64,000 nt of DNA. Origin: Minisyncoccota bacterium. GTDB taxonomy: Bacteria > Patescibacteriota > Minisyncoccia > Phycocordibacterales > UBA1006. The translations under genes and the position numbers were made by a program. Every line of letters begins with the position of its first letter. Position 1 is the first letter of the stretch. Positions 28,636 through 38,244 of the stretch are shown here, piece by piece. The stretch covers positions 14,115 through 78,114 of the forward strand of contig JAJOIF010000006.1 of the NCBI GenBank assembly GCA_021209525.1, given 5' to 3'. A model generated the notes under the pieces. That model did not search any database, was not told the origin of the DNA, and saw only the letters and a program-made list of their open reading frames with translations.

Positions 28636-29016
28636 CTAAGATACTTTCTTTCGAGATTCTTGTAGTGCGAGCATCTCTTTAATGAGATGCTCTACAATTA
28701 CTTGCTGCGCTTTTTGGCACATGTCATGGTCAAGATGGAGGCGTGTTTCATTGATGAATGTGGGGTACCACGTCTCTTCAATTTTCTTTGCAATCCAAGG
28801 AGAGAGCGCTTCTGGTGTTGGTTCAATAATGAGCATTTTGACTTCGATGCGTTTCAAGCACCATGTCACAAAAGCTTCTTGGATTTTTTCCAGATCTTTT
28901 TCTCTTGCATGTGCTCGCATACAAGCTGCAATGAATGATTGTGCAAGCCATACAAGGGCTGCAACGGTGATGATGAGCACAAATCCTGTGCCAATCATAA
29001 GCGGAATAATTTTCAT
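28636..29016 (-). CDS. hypothetical membrane-anchored protein
   Basis: N-terminal TM helix; no family recognised. Confidence 0.45.
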   Translation of the reverse strand: MKIIPLMIGTGFVLIITVAALVWLAQSFIAACMRAHAREKDLEKIQEAFVTWCLKRIEVKMLIIEPTPEALSPWIAKKIEETWYPTFINETRLHLDHDMCQKAQQVIVEHLIKEMLALQESRKKVS

Positions 29017-29093
29017 GGTTTGTATTTTTAAGGTGTGTATTAAAAATAATAGTACATTCTTTTGAAAATATTGTCAAATACTTGGAGCGCGCA

Positions 29094-30833
29094 CTATTGC
29101 TGTTCATTCCACAGAGAATAGTACAAACCTTTGTGTTCTACGAGCTCGCTGTGCGATCCTGTTTCTACAATTTCTCCTTTGCGGAGCACATAGAGAGTAT
29201 CCGCATGTTCTACTGTTGAGAGGCGGTGAGCAATCATAATCGTAATGAGATGCGGATGGTCGTCTCTCAGACGTTGTATGGTTTCTGTAATTTCTTTTTC
29301 TGTAATTGAATCAAGGCTTGATGTTGCTTCGTCAAAAATAAGAATATCAGGTTTGCGAATGAGTGCACGGGCAAGCGCAATACGCTGTCTCTCGCCACCA
29401 GATATTTTGATGCCATTTTCACCAATGCGCGTATCGAGCCCTGCGGTGCTGCGCTCAAGAATACCATGTGCTTGTGCTTGGGTGAGCGCTTCTATGCAAT
29501 CCTCATCTGTCGCATGCGGTGCTGCAAAAAGGAGATTTTCTCGCAATGTACCCGCAAATACTTGAGTGTCTTGGGGAACATAGCCAATGCGTGCACGCAA
29601 TGTATGCATAGCAATCGTATTATGCGGATGATGATTATAGGTAAGGGTTCCTTGTGTTGGTTCATAGAGACCAAGGATAAGTTTAATAAGTGTTGATTTG
29701 CCGGCGCCGCTCGGTCCTACACATGCATAGGTTTTGCCTGATTCGAATGAGCAGGTCACGCCTGAGAGAGAAGGGAGGAGACCTTGCCCATATTCAAAAG
29801 AAACATTTTCAAGGGAAATACGACGTACTGGTTCATCAAACACAGGTCGTGTTATTTCATGGCGCGCGGGTGTATAATCACGATAGAGTGCTTCAATAAT
29901 TTCAAAACTTGCCCGTGCTTCTTGATAGCTTCGCACCATATCAGCAATTTGCCCCAGTGGTCCAAATACAAAAAAACCATAGAACCAAAGTGCTAAAAAT
30001 TCTCCCAAAGTAATGTGTCCCTGGAAAATGAGTATGAGTGATACAAATACAATGAGTGTGCTGGCGATATTAATGAGTGTTCCTTGAGTAAAGCTCAGTG
30101 TGCGGAGCATGACTACTTTTTTGAGTTCAAGATCTAAAATATCATGATGTACTTTTTCTAGGCGTTCTATTTCTTGGTTTTCAAGACCGAGCGCTTTGAC
30201 GAGTCCTACATTATGTAGTGTCTCTGTGGTTGATGCAGCAAGGTCTGCGCTTCGGCGCACAATGAGTTCTTGGGCTTGTTTGATGCGTGTACCTGTGACA
30301 TACACAATACCACCAATGAGCGGCAAGGAGAGCAAGAATACGAGCCCAATGAGCCAGTGTACGGTAAAGGCATATACATACACAAAAATAATACCGACCA
30401 ATGAAAAGAATCCAATACTAATCATTTCTTGGATAAGTTTTTTGGTGCGATCGCGCGCCTGCTGTAATTTTTGCAAGAGAGATCCTGACTGCTCGTCCTC
30501 AAAGAGCGCAAAGGGGAGTTTGAAAATATGAGCAAGGGTGTCATTGTAGAGTGATGTACCAATGCGTTCTGAAATAACATTAACATAGTAATCCTGAAAT
30601 GCCTTACCGGTGCGCGATATGAGTGCAACGAGAATATAGAGTCCGAGAATGAGCGCAATGCCGCGTATAAATTCAGGTCGTGTGAATTCTGTATAAGCGG
30701 TTGCATAGCGATCAATAGCGATGCGAAATACTTGTGTATTCAAGAGCGAAAATATTTGATTAATAGCAGCAAATACGAGTGCTACAACCAGAATGGGAAT
30801 ATGTTTTTTAATATAGGTTAAGAATAAGTGCAT
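29094..30833 (-). CDS. ABC exporter, fused permease/ATPase (MsbA-like)
   Basis: 6-TM domain then Walker A GPSGAGKST, signature ISGGERQRIALARAL, Walker B ILIFDEATSSLD. ATG lies 8 nt after a TATACT box. Confidence 0.9.
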   Translation of the reverse strand: MHLFLTYIKKHIPILVVALVFAAINQIFSLLNTQVFRIAIDRYATAYTEFTRPEFIRGIALILGLYILVALISRTGKAFQDYYVNVISERIGTSLYNDTLAHIFKLPFALFEDEQSGSLLQKLQQARDRTKKLIQEMISIGFFSLVGIIFVYVYAFTVHWLIGLVFLLSLPLIGGIVYVTGTRIKQAQELIVRRSADLAASTTETLHNVGLVKALGLENQEIERLEKVHHDILDLELKKVVMLRTLSFTQGTLINIASTLIVFVSLILIFQGHITLGEFLALWFYGFFVFGPLGQIADMVRSYQEARASFEIIEALYRDYTPARHEITRPVFDEPVRRISLENVSFEYGQGLLPSLSGVTCSFESGKTYACVGPSGAGKSTLIKLILGLYEPTQGTLTYNHHPHNTIAMHTLRARIGYVPQDTQVFAGTLRENLLFAAPHATDEDCIEALTQAQAHGILERSTAGLDTRIGENGIKISGGERQRIALARALIRKPDILIFDEATSSLDSITEKEITETIQRLRDDHPHLITIMIAHRLSTVEHADTLYVLRKGEIVETGSHSELVEHKGLYYSLWNEQQ

Positions 30834-30909
30834 AGATGATGAGTATACATTATTTTATTAAAAAATCATTATATGGATTATTTCAAATGATTATGTATAC
30901 TATACACAT

Positions 30910-31137
30910 ATGGAAAAATGGCCTCCGCGCAAAGAAAAACCATCCCTACTTGAAGCATATGATATCAGTACGCGGCTCTTTATGTTTTTTAAAAATTCAC
31001 TAAAAGTAGAAACTATTGATGATCTTGTTCGGTATTCATACACAGACATTACAACACATCCACACTGGCAACATGCGTATACTCGCGAATTAAATACATT
31101 CTTGGCAGAACAGGTACATATTATCCTCAAAAAATAA
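30910..31137 (+). CDS. hypothetical small protein
   Basis: ORF only. Confidence 0.35.
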   Translation: MEKWPPRKEKPSLLEAYDISTRLFMFFKNSLKVETIDDLVRYSYTDITTHPHWQHAYTRELNTFLAEQVHIILKK

Positions 31138-31138
31138 T

Positions 31139-31160
31139 CCTCTCGCATGAGAGGACTATG
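31139..31160 (-). terminator. terminator of the pirin gene (cctctcatgcgagagg + T-run on minus strand)
   Basis: Hairpin with T6 on minus strand, A6 on plus strand. Confidence 0.7.
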
Positions 31161-31180
31161 TGCATATGCCGTGCGTCTGT

Positions 31181-31876
31181 TTAGGGGGTTGTGGTGCGCA
31201 CTTCTATGATTACTCCCTTGCCCTGTGTGCCGGCATAGACAAGAGTTGTTTCATCGGTAATACGCGCTTGATCGCCCTCTTGGAATGTTTCACCATTGAT
31301 GGTGAGCGAGCCTTCGGTGACATATACCAAATGACCCCATCCCGCATCTGGTGACATATTCCATATCGCGCTCCCGTCAAGGGTATATTGCCATATGCGT
31401 GCATCTGCCCGCAGTGTTAATCCTTCGCCGCCTTCTGGACTTGCCAAAAGGGTAAGAGGTCCTTCTGTTGAAGGGGTAATATCCATTTCCTCATAGTCTG
31501 CTTGTGTTGTAGTATTTGGATGAAACCATAATTGATAGAGATGCACTGGTTCGTCATGTTTATTAAATTCCGAATGCACAATACCTGCCCCTGCGGACAT
31601 TCGCTGTATTTGTCCTGCGGTGATGGTTGCTTCATTACCTATACTATCGGTGTGTGTGAGCACTCCTGACAAGATAATGGTCACTATTTCCATAGTGTCA
31701 TGTGGGTGATCTGGAAAACCAGAGTGTGGCATGACTATGTCGTCATTAAAAACGCGTAATACACCAAAACCCATATTTGTAGGATCGTAATAATTACCAA
31801 ATGAAAAGAGCCAATGTGTTTTGAGCCAACCATGATCCCCTTGGTGGCGTTCGGCTGCATGTATTTTTTGTATCAT
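31181..31876 (-). CDS. pirin family (cupin) protein
   Basis: Pirin N-terminal cupin motifs HQGDHGWLKTHWLFSFGNYYDP, GFPDHPHDTMEIVTIILSG. Confidence 0.8.
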   Translation of the reverse strand: MIQKIHAAERHQGDHGWLKTHWLFSFGNYYDPTNMGFGVLRVFNDDIVMPHSGFPDHPHDTMEIVTIILSGVLTHTDSIGNEATITAGQIQRMSAGAGIVHSEFNKHDEPVHLYQLWFHPNTTTQADYEEMDITPSTEGPLTLLASPEGGEGLTLRADARIWQYTLDGSAIWNMSPDAGWGHLVYVTEGSLTINGETFQEGDQARITDETTLVYAGTQGKGVIIEVRTTTP

Positions 31877-31988
31877 AGAAGAACAGTATACCTGCAGGAT
31901 GGGAGGATGTGCAAGTATCCGTAATTCTTTACTTTTTTATAAAATAGGATACACTGCGATTAATACTTCACCTTAACATATATACAAT

Positions 31989-32696
31989 ATGACTATGCTT
32001 TCTTCTGCGTCAGACTGTGCACGCAAACCCATTCTTTTTGTGGATTGTGATGGATTTTTATTCAACACAATACCTGCGCATGTGCGCTATTTTCATGACC
32101 GCTATGGTGTGACCATTTCAGAATCTGAATTTCTTGCACATCCAGATTTGATTGAATTATTGAGAATGCATGATCCGGCACTGTGCGATATTCCCGGTTC
32201 ACAAATTTTTGATGCTCTGAATTATGAATTTATGAATTCATGGGAATACCATCAAGGTGTTGAGCCCATGCCTGACATGCCACACTATCTGAAGCTTTTA
32301 GATGCGTATTTTGAAATACGTATCGTGACGCTGCGGAGTAGTATTGGCAAACCTGTTATGTACAAGCTCATAGAAAAATACATACCAGGTATTATCTCAG
32401 AGATTCATTGCGTACATATACTTGATACAGAAAACCGTCTGTCAGTGATCTCCAAGAGAGAATATATCTCGAATCACAAAGTTGTCGGTAGTGCATTTGG
32501 CGATGATTCGCTTCATCAGATTGAAACAACACATGATATTGTTCCGTCTATACTGTACGATCCGTATGGTGCGCATAATAATAATCCAGTGGTACGCACC
32601 GGAGAAATTACGCGCGCTCGTTCATGGCAAGGCCTGTACGATTTCTTTATGAAGCAATTACCTGCAGAAACGCAAAAAACCTCTTATGAATCATAA
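31989..32696 (+). CDS. HAD-superfamily hydrolase-like protein (possibly deoxyribonucleotidase-like)
   Basis: N-terminal DxDG-type motif ILFVDCDGFLFNT; otherwise unrecognised. Confidence 0.3.
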   Translation: MTMLSSASDCARKPILFVDCDGFLFNTIPAHVRYFHDRYGVTISESEFLAHPDLIELLRMHDPALCDIPGSQIFDALNYEFMNSWEYHQGVEPMPDMPHYLKLLDAYFEIRIVTLRSSIGKPVMYKLIEKYIPGIISEIHCVHILDTENRLSVISKREYISNHKVVGSAFGDDSLHQIETTHDIVPSILYDPYGAHNNNPVVRTGEITRARSWQGLYDFFMKQLPAETQKTSYES

Positions 32697-32753
32697 GGGG
32701 TTTTGACTTTTTATTTAAAATGATGTATTTTAATTTCAAATAAAAGCACTTAT

Positions 32754-33302
32754 ATGAAAACAAAAATAATTACTCATTTCTCGGGAAAGTATGCTTTTTT
32801 GAGAAATTCGTATAGTGCGCGTATTCCCGGGCAAGATAATTATATGTACCCTTCAGTACATCATGCATATCTTGCGGTACGCACGGATGATATGTCAGTG
32901 CGTGCACGCTTGCGCACATGTTCTATTACCGAGGCGCTGCAGATTGAATCTTCAATACCGTGTCGCAATATTCAGGATACAAATACTCACAAAGAGATTA
33001 TGCGATCATTATTGATGTGTAAATTTTCTTGTCATCCGAAATTGCTCAAAAAATTATTGAGCACCAAGGGGTATGTCATTCAAGCGCCTGCTTCTGAATA
33101 TGGTATGTTTTGGGGAAGTGCACCCTGTGGCGGAGAGAATCATCTGGGTATATTGCTGACCGAAATCCGTGATGCGCTCATTCAAGAGTATCAGATGGTT
33201 CTTGAATCCGCAGAAGAGGGTATGCCGGGATCATGTATTGCGCGGAGCATCTTGTATCCACAACACAAAATGGATATCTATCAGGTTCCGCCATATCCAT
33301 AA
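32754..33302 (+). CDS. NADAR/YbiA (DUF1768) family protein
   Basis: C-terminal GYVIQAPASEYGMFWGSAPCGGENHLGILLTEIRDAL matches the YbiA/NADAR core (LvE.sp.D.iWG.G..G.N.LG.iLm.vR). Confidence 0.55.
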   Translation: MKTKIITHFSGKYAFLRNSYSARIPGQDNYMYPSVHHAYLAVRTDDMSVRARLRTCSITEALQIESSIPCRNIQDTNTHKEIMRSLLMCKFSCHPKLLKKLLSTKGYVIQAPASEYGMFWGSAPCGGENHLGILLTEIRDALIQEYQMVLESAEEGMPGSCIARSILYPQHKMDIYQVPPYP

Positions 33303-33387
33303 CCAAAGACACCTCGTCTCATTTTTAAAAGCCTTTGCAAGAGTAGCAAGGGCTTTTTTCTTTACTTACGCGCATACATGATGTACC

Positions 33388-34851
33388 ATGCTCTCTATGT
33401 CAGGAAATAATACTCTCGTCCGCTTTGAGGATGTCACCTTTTTTTATGCAGAAAACAAACCACTCATCCTTGAGGGTAATTTTGCATTGCGCCGTGGTGC
33501 CAAGTGTACGCTCATGGGACAAAATGGTGCCGGCAAGAGTACACTTTTTAAACTCTTGACTGGAGAGCTCAAACCCGAAGAGGGAAGGGTGATTATTCAT
33601 CAAGGTACGACAGTTGCTCTTTCTCGCCAAGTAGTTCCGCGTGATCAGCTCGCGTGGACGGTGCGAGAATTTTTCCAAGGTGTCTTTGCAGATACGGTAT
33701 ATGATATTGATCGTCGTATTGATGAAGTATTGCCGATCGTTGATTTTGCTCTTGATGATTATGACAAAAAAATGAATACATTTTCTGGTGGGCAACAGGC
33801 GCGCCTCTTGCTTGCATCTGCGCTTATCCAAAAACCTGACCTCTTGCTCCTTGATGAGCCAACGAATAATCTCGACCATGCAGGCATTGAACATCTCACA
33901 CAATTTCTCAAGGACTATAACAAGACAGTTATTGTTATTTCTCATGATGCTGATTTTTTGAATTCTTTTACCGAGAGCGTTCTCTATTTAGATGTGTACT
34001 CACGCACGATTGAGCAATATGTAGGGAACTATTACAAAGTACTCGATCAAGTAGCTGCGCGTGTTGAAAAAGAAAAAAGTCAAAATGCACGGCTTGAAAA
34101 AAGTATTCAAGAGAAAAAAGACAAGGCAAACTTTTTTGCCAACAAAGGAGGACGCTTGCGCGCTGTAGCAAAGCGTATGCGTGAAGTAGCAGCAGAAGCC
34201 GAAGAAAATAAAGTTGATGTACGCAAAGAAGACAAAACAATTCGCGCATTTACCATTCCTGTGCAAGAACCGCTCGCTGGTGAAATCATTACTATTACAT
34301 CATTCACACGCCTCGTGCAGGGCAAAGAGCAAACAAAAAAAGTAGAGATTACGCTGCGCAAAGGGCAGCGACTCCTCCTCAAGGGGCCTAATGGTATTGG
34401 CAAGAGTACGCTCCTTGAGCGTCTCGCGTCGGGAACTGCAGCAGGGGCGCGCATTGGCGAAGGTGTGCGCGTCGGGTATTATCGCCAAGATTTTTCAACA
34501 CTCAATTTTGATCATACGGTTTTTGAATCACTTGCGGAGGTTATGGATCGTGTAGATGAGCAGGTATTGCGCGCTACGGCGGCGAGTTTTCTTATTACCG
34601 GAGAACTCATTCATAACAAAATTGGCACATTGTCTGAAGGTCAAAAAGGACTCGTTTCATTTGCGCGTCTCGTATTGCAAAAACCAGGACTGCTCATTTT
34701 AGATGAACCAACAAATCATATTAACTTTCGTCACATTCCGGTTATTGCCCAAGCGCTTGATGCATACGAAGGCGCCCTCATTCTCATTTCTCACGTTCCT
34801 GAATTCGTGGCATCTGTGCATATTGATGAGGTGTTGGATTTGGCCAAGTAG
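33388..34851 (+). CDS. ABC-F family ATPase (tandem ABC domains, no TM)
   Basis: Two Walker A sites (GQNGAGKST; GPNGIGKST), two signature motifs (FSGGQQARLLLASAL; LSEGQKGLVSFARLV), charged inter-domain linker. Confidence 0.9.
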   Translation: MLSMSGNNTLVRFEDVTFFYAENKPLILEGNFALRRGAKCTLMGQNGAGKSTLFKLLTGELKPEEGRVIIHQGTTVALSRQVVPRDQLAWTVREFFQGVFADTVYDIDRRIDEVLPIVDFALDDYDKKMNTFSGGQQARLLLASALIQKPDLLLLDEPTNNLDHAGIEHLTQFLKDYNKTVIVISHDADFLNSFTESVLYLDVYSRTIEQYVGNYYKVLDQVAARVEKEKSQNARLEKSIQEKKDKANFFANKGGRLRAVAKRMREVAAEAEENKVDVRKEDKTIRAFTIPVQEPLAGEIITITSFTRLVQGKEQTKKVEITLRKGQRLLLKGPNGIGKSTLLERLASGTAAGARIGEGVRVGYYRQDFSTLNFDHTVFESLAEVMDRVDEQVLRATAASFLITGELIHNKIGTLSEGQKGLVSFARLVLQKPGLLILDEPTNHINFRHIPVIAQALDAYEGALILISHVPEFVASVHIDEVLDLAK

Positions 34852-35067
34852 AGAGGTGTCGCGCTTGGTGTGACATAGAACACAAGAGACAAGAGGTAAA
34901 CAAATAACACATTACATATTAAAAATACTCACTCATGAGTGAGTATTTTTATATACAGCGACTTATATCTTGGGTCTCGAAGCTTGTTTATTTCTCTTGC
35001 TTAACAAAGATACTTGTGGGTGTACTTGATCTATATGATGGAGGGTCTTGGAATGTATGATTGTTTT

Positions 35068-36765
35068 CTATATAAACAACAAGCCAAGACGAATTTCTTC
35101 GTACGTCATATCATTACCCACAATACGATGATACGCGCTCAGGCGAATAGTTCCTTGTGTGCCCAAGTCTTCGGGATTATTAGATTCTTGAATCATGCGC
35201 CGCGCACTGCGTAATTGCGATAATTTTTTAGATGACGGCTGGAGATATGATATATCAATTTCATAATCATGCTCGGCAATGTATTCAATATGGGCGAGAA
35301 TAGTTCCCGGAGTGAGTCCGCGTTCATGTGCCATATCTTCAATAGATTTTTGATCACGAATGAGCGCCTTTGTTTTGTCATAAGTGCTCTCTTTGGCTGT
35401 GCTCATTTTTGGGTATGGAGACGATGATTCTGGTGTTTTATTGATGCGTCCTCCTGCGCGCATAATCCACTCATGGTGCATTTTTTCATGCTCATGATCA
35501 GGGGTTTCTGTGACAGTTCGCTGCCAGATTTCGGCGTCATTGCGTATATCTACATCACGCGCGAGCACATGAGGATCTACAATGAGAGCAGTTTCATTGA
35601 GACCCATGAGGCGCAATCCTTCAAGAGAAGTGATACGCGAGAGGGCGACATATCCTTGTCCGGGTTCAAATGCTTGCGAGAGATCAATTTCTGCTGCATC
35701 AAGAGTCATACCCTGAGACTTGTGGATAGTAATAGCCCATGCGAGACGCAAGGGTATTTGTTTGAGTGTAGCGCGTGGTTTACCATCCTCATTTTCAACA
35801 ACCCATTCTTCGCGATCAGCTTTGATTTTCTTGCCTGTCCGTGTTTCTACAATAGGGATACCGAAATGATCAAAATCAATAATGGTGCCGAGGGTGCCAT
35901 TGATATATCCCTTTTCATAATTATTTTTTATAAAGAATACGAGTGCGCCTTTTTTGAGTTCCAGTCTTTTGGCGACGAGAGAATTATTGAGTATGCGATC
36001 AATCCATTTTTGTTGCCCCATAATAATGGCGTCATGCACAATAGTGGGCGCGTCAATTTTTGCAAGCTCTTGGAGATTGAGATGATCTACATCTTTGTTG
36101 TGGGTATAGAGTTTGGTGACAGGTGTATCGTGGGTAAGGGTGCTCTCATAACGACTGCGTAAGGTGTTCATACTCGCCGGAGACACTGATCCAGTGCGTA
36201 TGTCCTGCAATACCGTGAGGAGGTTTGTGTCTTGGTGGCGATAGGATGTATCAAGATAGCAGGGAATACACTCTAATTCTTGCCAGACAGTAGTATCAAA
36301 AATAAACCTCTTTGCAGATGAGGATCGTGATATAGGGGGTAATTGAAAAAAATCACCGACGAGTATAACTTGAATACCACCAAAGGGTTCTTGGGAAAAC
36401 TTGAGGGTGCGAATGAGTCTGTCTATTGATTCAAAGAGTGCCGGCGAGAGCATAGAAACCTCATCAATGACAAGTACTTTGAGATTCTTGATGCGATCCC
36501 AGATATATTTTTTCTCGCTCATCATCTCTATATCCCACGGTGTTAATTCGTCTTTGATGCCCGTGCCGAAAAAACTTTGTATGGTCACGCCGCCAATATG
36601 ACTCGCCGCAATACCTGTCGGCGCAGTGACAGCAGCAACAATGTGATGATCGCGGAGATAAGCAAGATACGTATTGAGGGTATGCGTTTTGCCTGTACCT
36701 GGGGCGCCGGTCAAAAAAATATTGCGCCCTGTTTTCATAAGGGTAAGTGCGCTTTCTTGGTTCAT
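35068..36765 (-). CDS. PIF1/RecD-family ATP-dependent DNA helicase
   Basis: Walker A GAPGTGKTH, motif II VLVIDEVSM, VILVGDFFQLPPI; C-terminal HhH-like tail. Confidence 0.75.
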   Translation of the reverse strand: MNQESALTLMKTGRNIFLTGAPGTGKTHTLNTYLAYLRDHHIVAAVTAPTGIAASHIGGVTIQSFFGTGIKDELTPWDIEMMSEKKYIWDRIKNLKVLVIDEVSMLSPALFESIDRLIRTLKFSQEPFGGIQVILVGDFFQLPPISRSSSAKRFIFDTTVWQELECIPCYLDTSYRHQDTNLLTVLQDIRTGSVSPASMNTLRSRYESTLTHDTPVTKLYTHNKDVDHLNLQELAKIDAPTIVHDAIIMGQQKWIDRILNNSLVAKRLELKKGALVFFIKNNYEKGYINGTLGTIIDFDHFGIPIVETRTGKKIKADREEWVVENEDGKPRATLKQIPLRLAWAITIHKSQGMTLDAAEIDLSQAFEPGQGYVALSRITSLEGLRLMGLNETALIVDPHVLARDVDIRNDAEIWQRTVTETPDHEHEKMHHEWIMRAGGRINKTPESSSPYPKMSTAKESTYDKTKALIRDQKSIEDMAHERGLTPGTILAHIEYIAEHDYEIDISYLQPSSKKLSQLRSARRMIQESNNPEDLGTQGTIRLSAYHRIVGNDMTYEEIRLGLLFI

Positions 36766-36832
36766 GTATTCATTGTAACATAGAGATATCAAGAATACCT
36801 CTATTTTCTAGAGTGTGATACACTAAAATTCT

Positions 36833-37570
36833 ATGCATAACAAAGATCGTTCTGTAAATATAGAAAAAAGGAGACAGGGAACATTATATATGCTTGGTAT
36901 CGGCCTCTTGTTTATTATTACTGCGGGCGTACTCCTCTTTGTTCGTGACTATACTGCTACACGTTATCCCGAAGTAGATAATATATTAATCGCTACAGAT
37001 GAAAACGATAACGGAGGCGAGGAGGGCGTAGTGCGTGATGTGTCTGACAATACAGACACAGGCCCTATCCAAAATATTGACAGAGAAATATCTTTGGCAG
37101 AGATATTGCTAGAGCATGCAGGTAGCGTTGATTCAATTTTTGAACCAACACATCGCATCGTGCGTATTGTAGACGGAGACACTATGGTGGTGCGGACGAG
37201 TGCAGGCAGAGAGGAGCGCATCCGCGTCATTGGTATTGATACACCAGAAACGGTTCATCCTAATAGAGATATCGCATGTTTCGGCATCGAAGCAACAGCA
37301 TTTGCACGCACATTGTTCACAAATCAAGACATTATTATTACTACTGACCCAACACAAGGAGACAGAGACCGCTATGGGCGTATGCTCGGATACATAACAT
37401 TGCCTGACGGTCGCGATTTCGGGCATACTATGATTCACCAAGGATATGCTTTTGAATATACGTTTCGTATTCCTTATCAAAAACAGTCTCTGTATAAAGA
37501 TGCAGAGCGTGATGCGCGCATGCACAAAAGGGGGATGTGGGCAGATGATGCATGCCCAGCATACGAATAA
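36833..37570 (+). CDS. membrane-anchored thermonuclease (SNase-like)
   Basis: TM helix then SNase core VRIVDGDTMVV...RVIGIDTPE...YGRMLGYI. Confidence 0.8.
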   Translation: MHNKDRSVNIEKRRQGTLYMLGIGLLFIITAGVLLFVRDYTATRYPEVDNILIATDENDNGGEEGVVRDVSDNTDTGPIQNIDREISLAEILLEHAGSVDSIFEPTHRIVRIVDGDTMVVRTSAGREERIRVIGIDTPETVHPNRDIACFGIEATAFARTLFTNQDIIITTDPTQGDRDRYGRMLGYITLPDGRDFGHTMIHQGYAFEYTFRIPYQKQSLYKDAERDARMHKRGMWADDACPAYE

Positions 37571-37641
37571 GAGAATACTTGACGCGCTGTGAGTTTTGTA
37601 ATACTGTTTATATAAATTAACATTAAAAACTACAAACCCAT

Positions 37642-38163
37642 ATGAAATTAGAAGAAATTATTTCAGCATGCAGTAATGAGCTTGCGCGTATTGCCTCTGC
37701 ATTTACTCCTGTTCCATGCACTCCTCAAGGTGTTTGGAATTATCAATGCGGTGTTTTTAATACGGACACCAAGACACGGATAATCTATAATAAAGCAGCT
37801 CTTGGTTTTGCGTACACAGAAGGAGTGCCTTTATTGGTGTCTATGAAAAACATGTCTATTCAAAAATGCCTGACGCAGGTGGATATGAAATATCATTATG
37901 ATACACACATCTTTACAGGTCTTGAGTATATTGCGTATATGCGCAGCCCAAAAGCAAAGATTCATGATGTCGTGCTGTCGTCATTGCATGACGGAATGCG
38001 TATCATTATTGGTGGGGCGCATATTTACAGAACAGGTAGCGCAGGAATATCTCTGGTGCCATCTTTGGTTTTGGATACGCAAACGCACAAAATTATCTGT
38101 GAATATGTGCATTCAAATAGCTGCGCCAAAGATACTGACGCTGTGCTCTTTTTCAAACCTTAG
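37642..38163 (+). CDS. hypothetical protein
   Basis: ORF only. Confidence 0.45.
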   Translation: MKLEEIISACSNELARIASAFTPVPCTPQGVWNYQCGVFNTDTKTRIIYNKAALGFAYTEGVPLLVSMKNMSIQKCLTQVDMKYHYDTHIFTGLEYIAYMRSPKAKIHDVVLSSLHDGMRIIIGGAHIYRTGSAGISLVPSLVLDTQTHKIICEYVHSNSCAKDTDAVLFFKP

Positions 38164-38244
38164 TATCACCATGGTGGTGATTGTAAACCCGATTATATAG
38201 TCGGGTTTATTTTTATTTTATCGCTCGTCTGTATACTGCGCTCT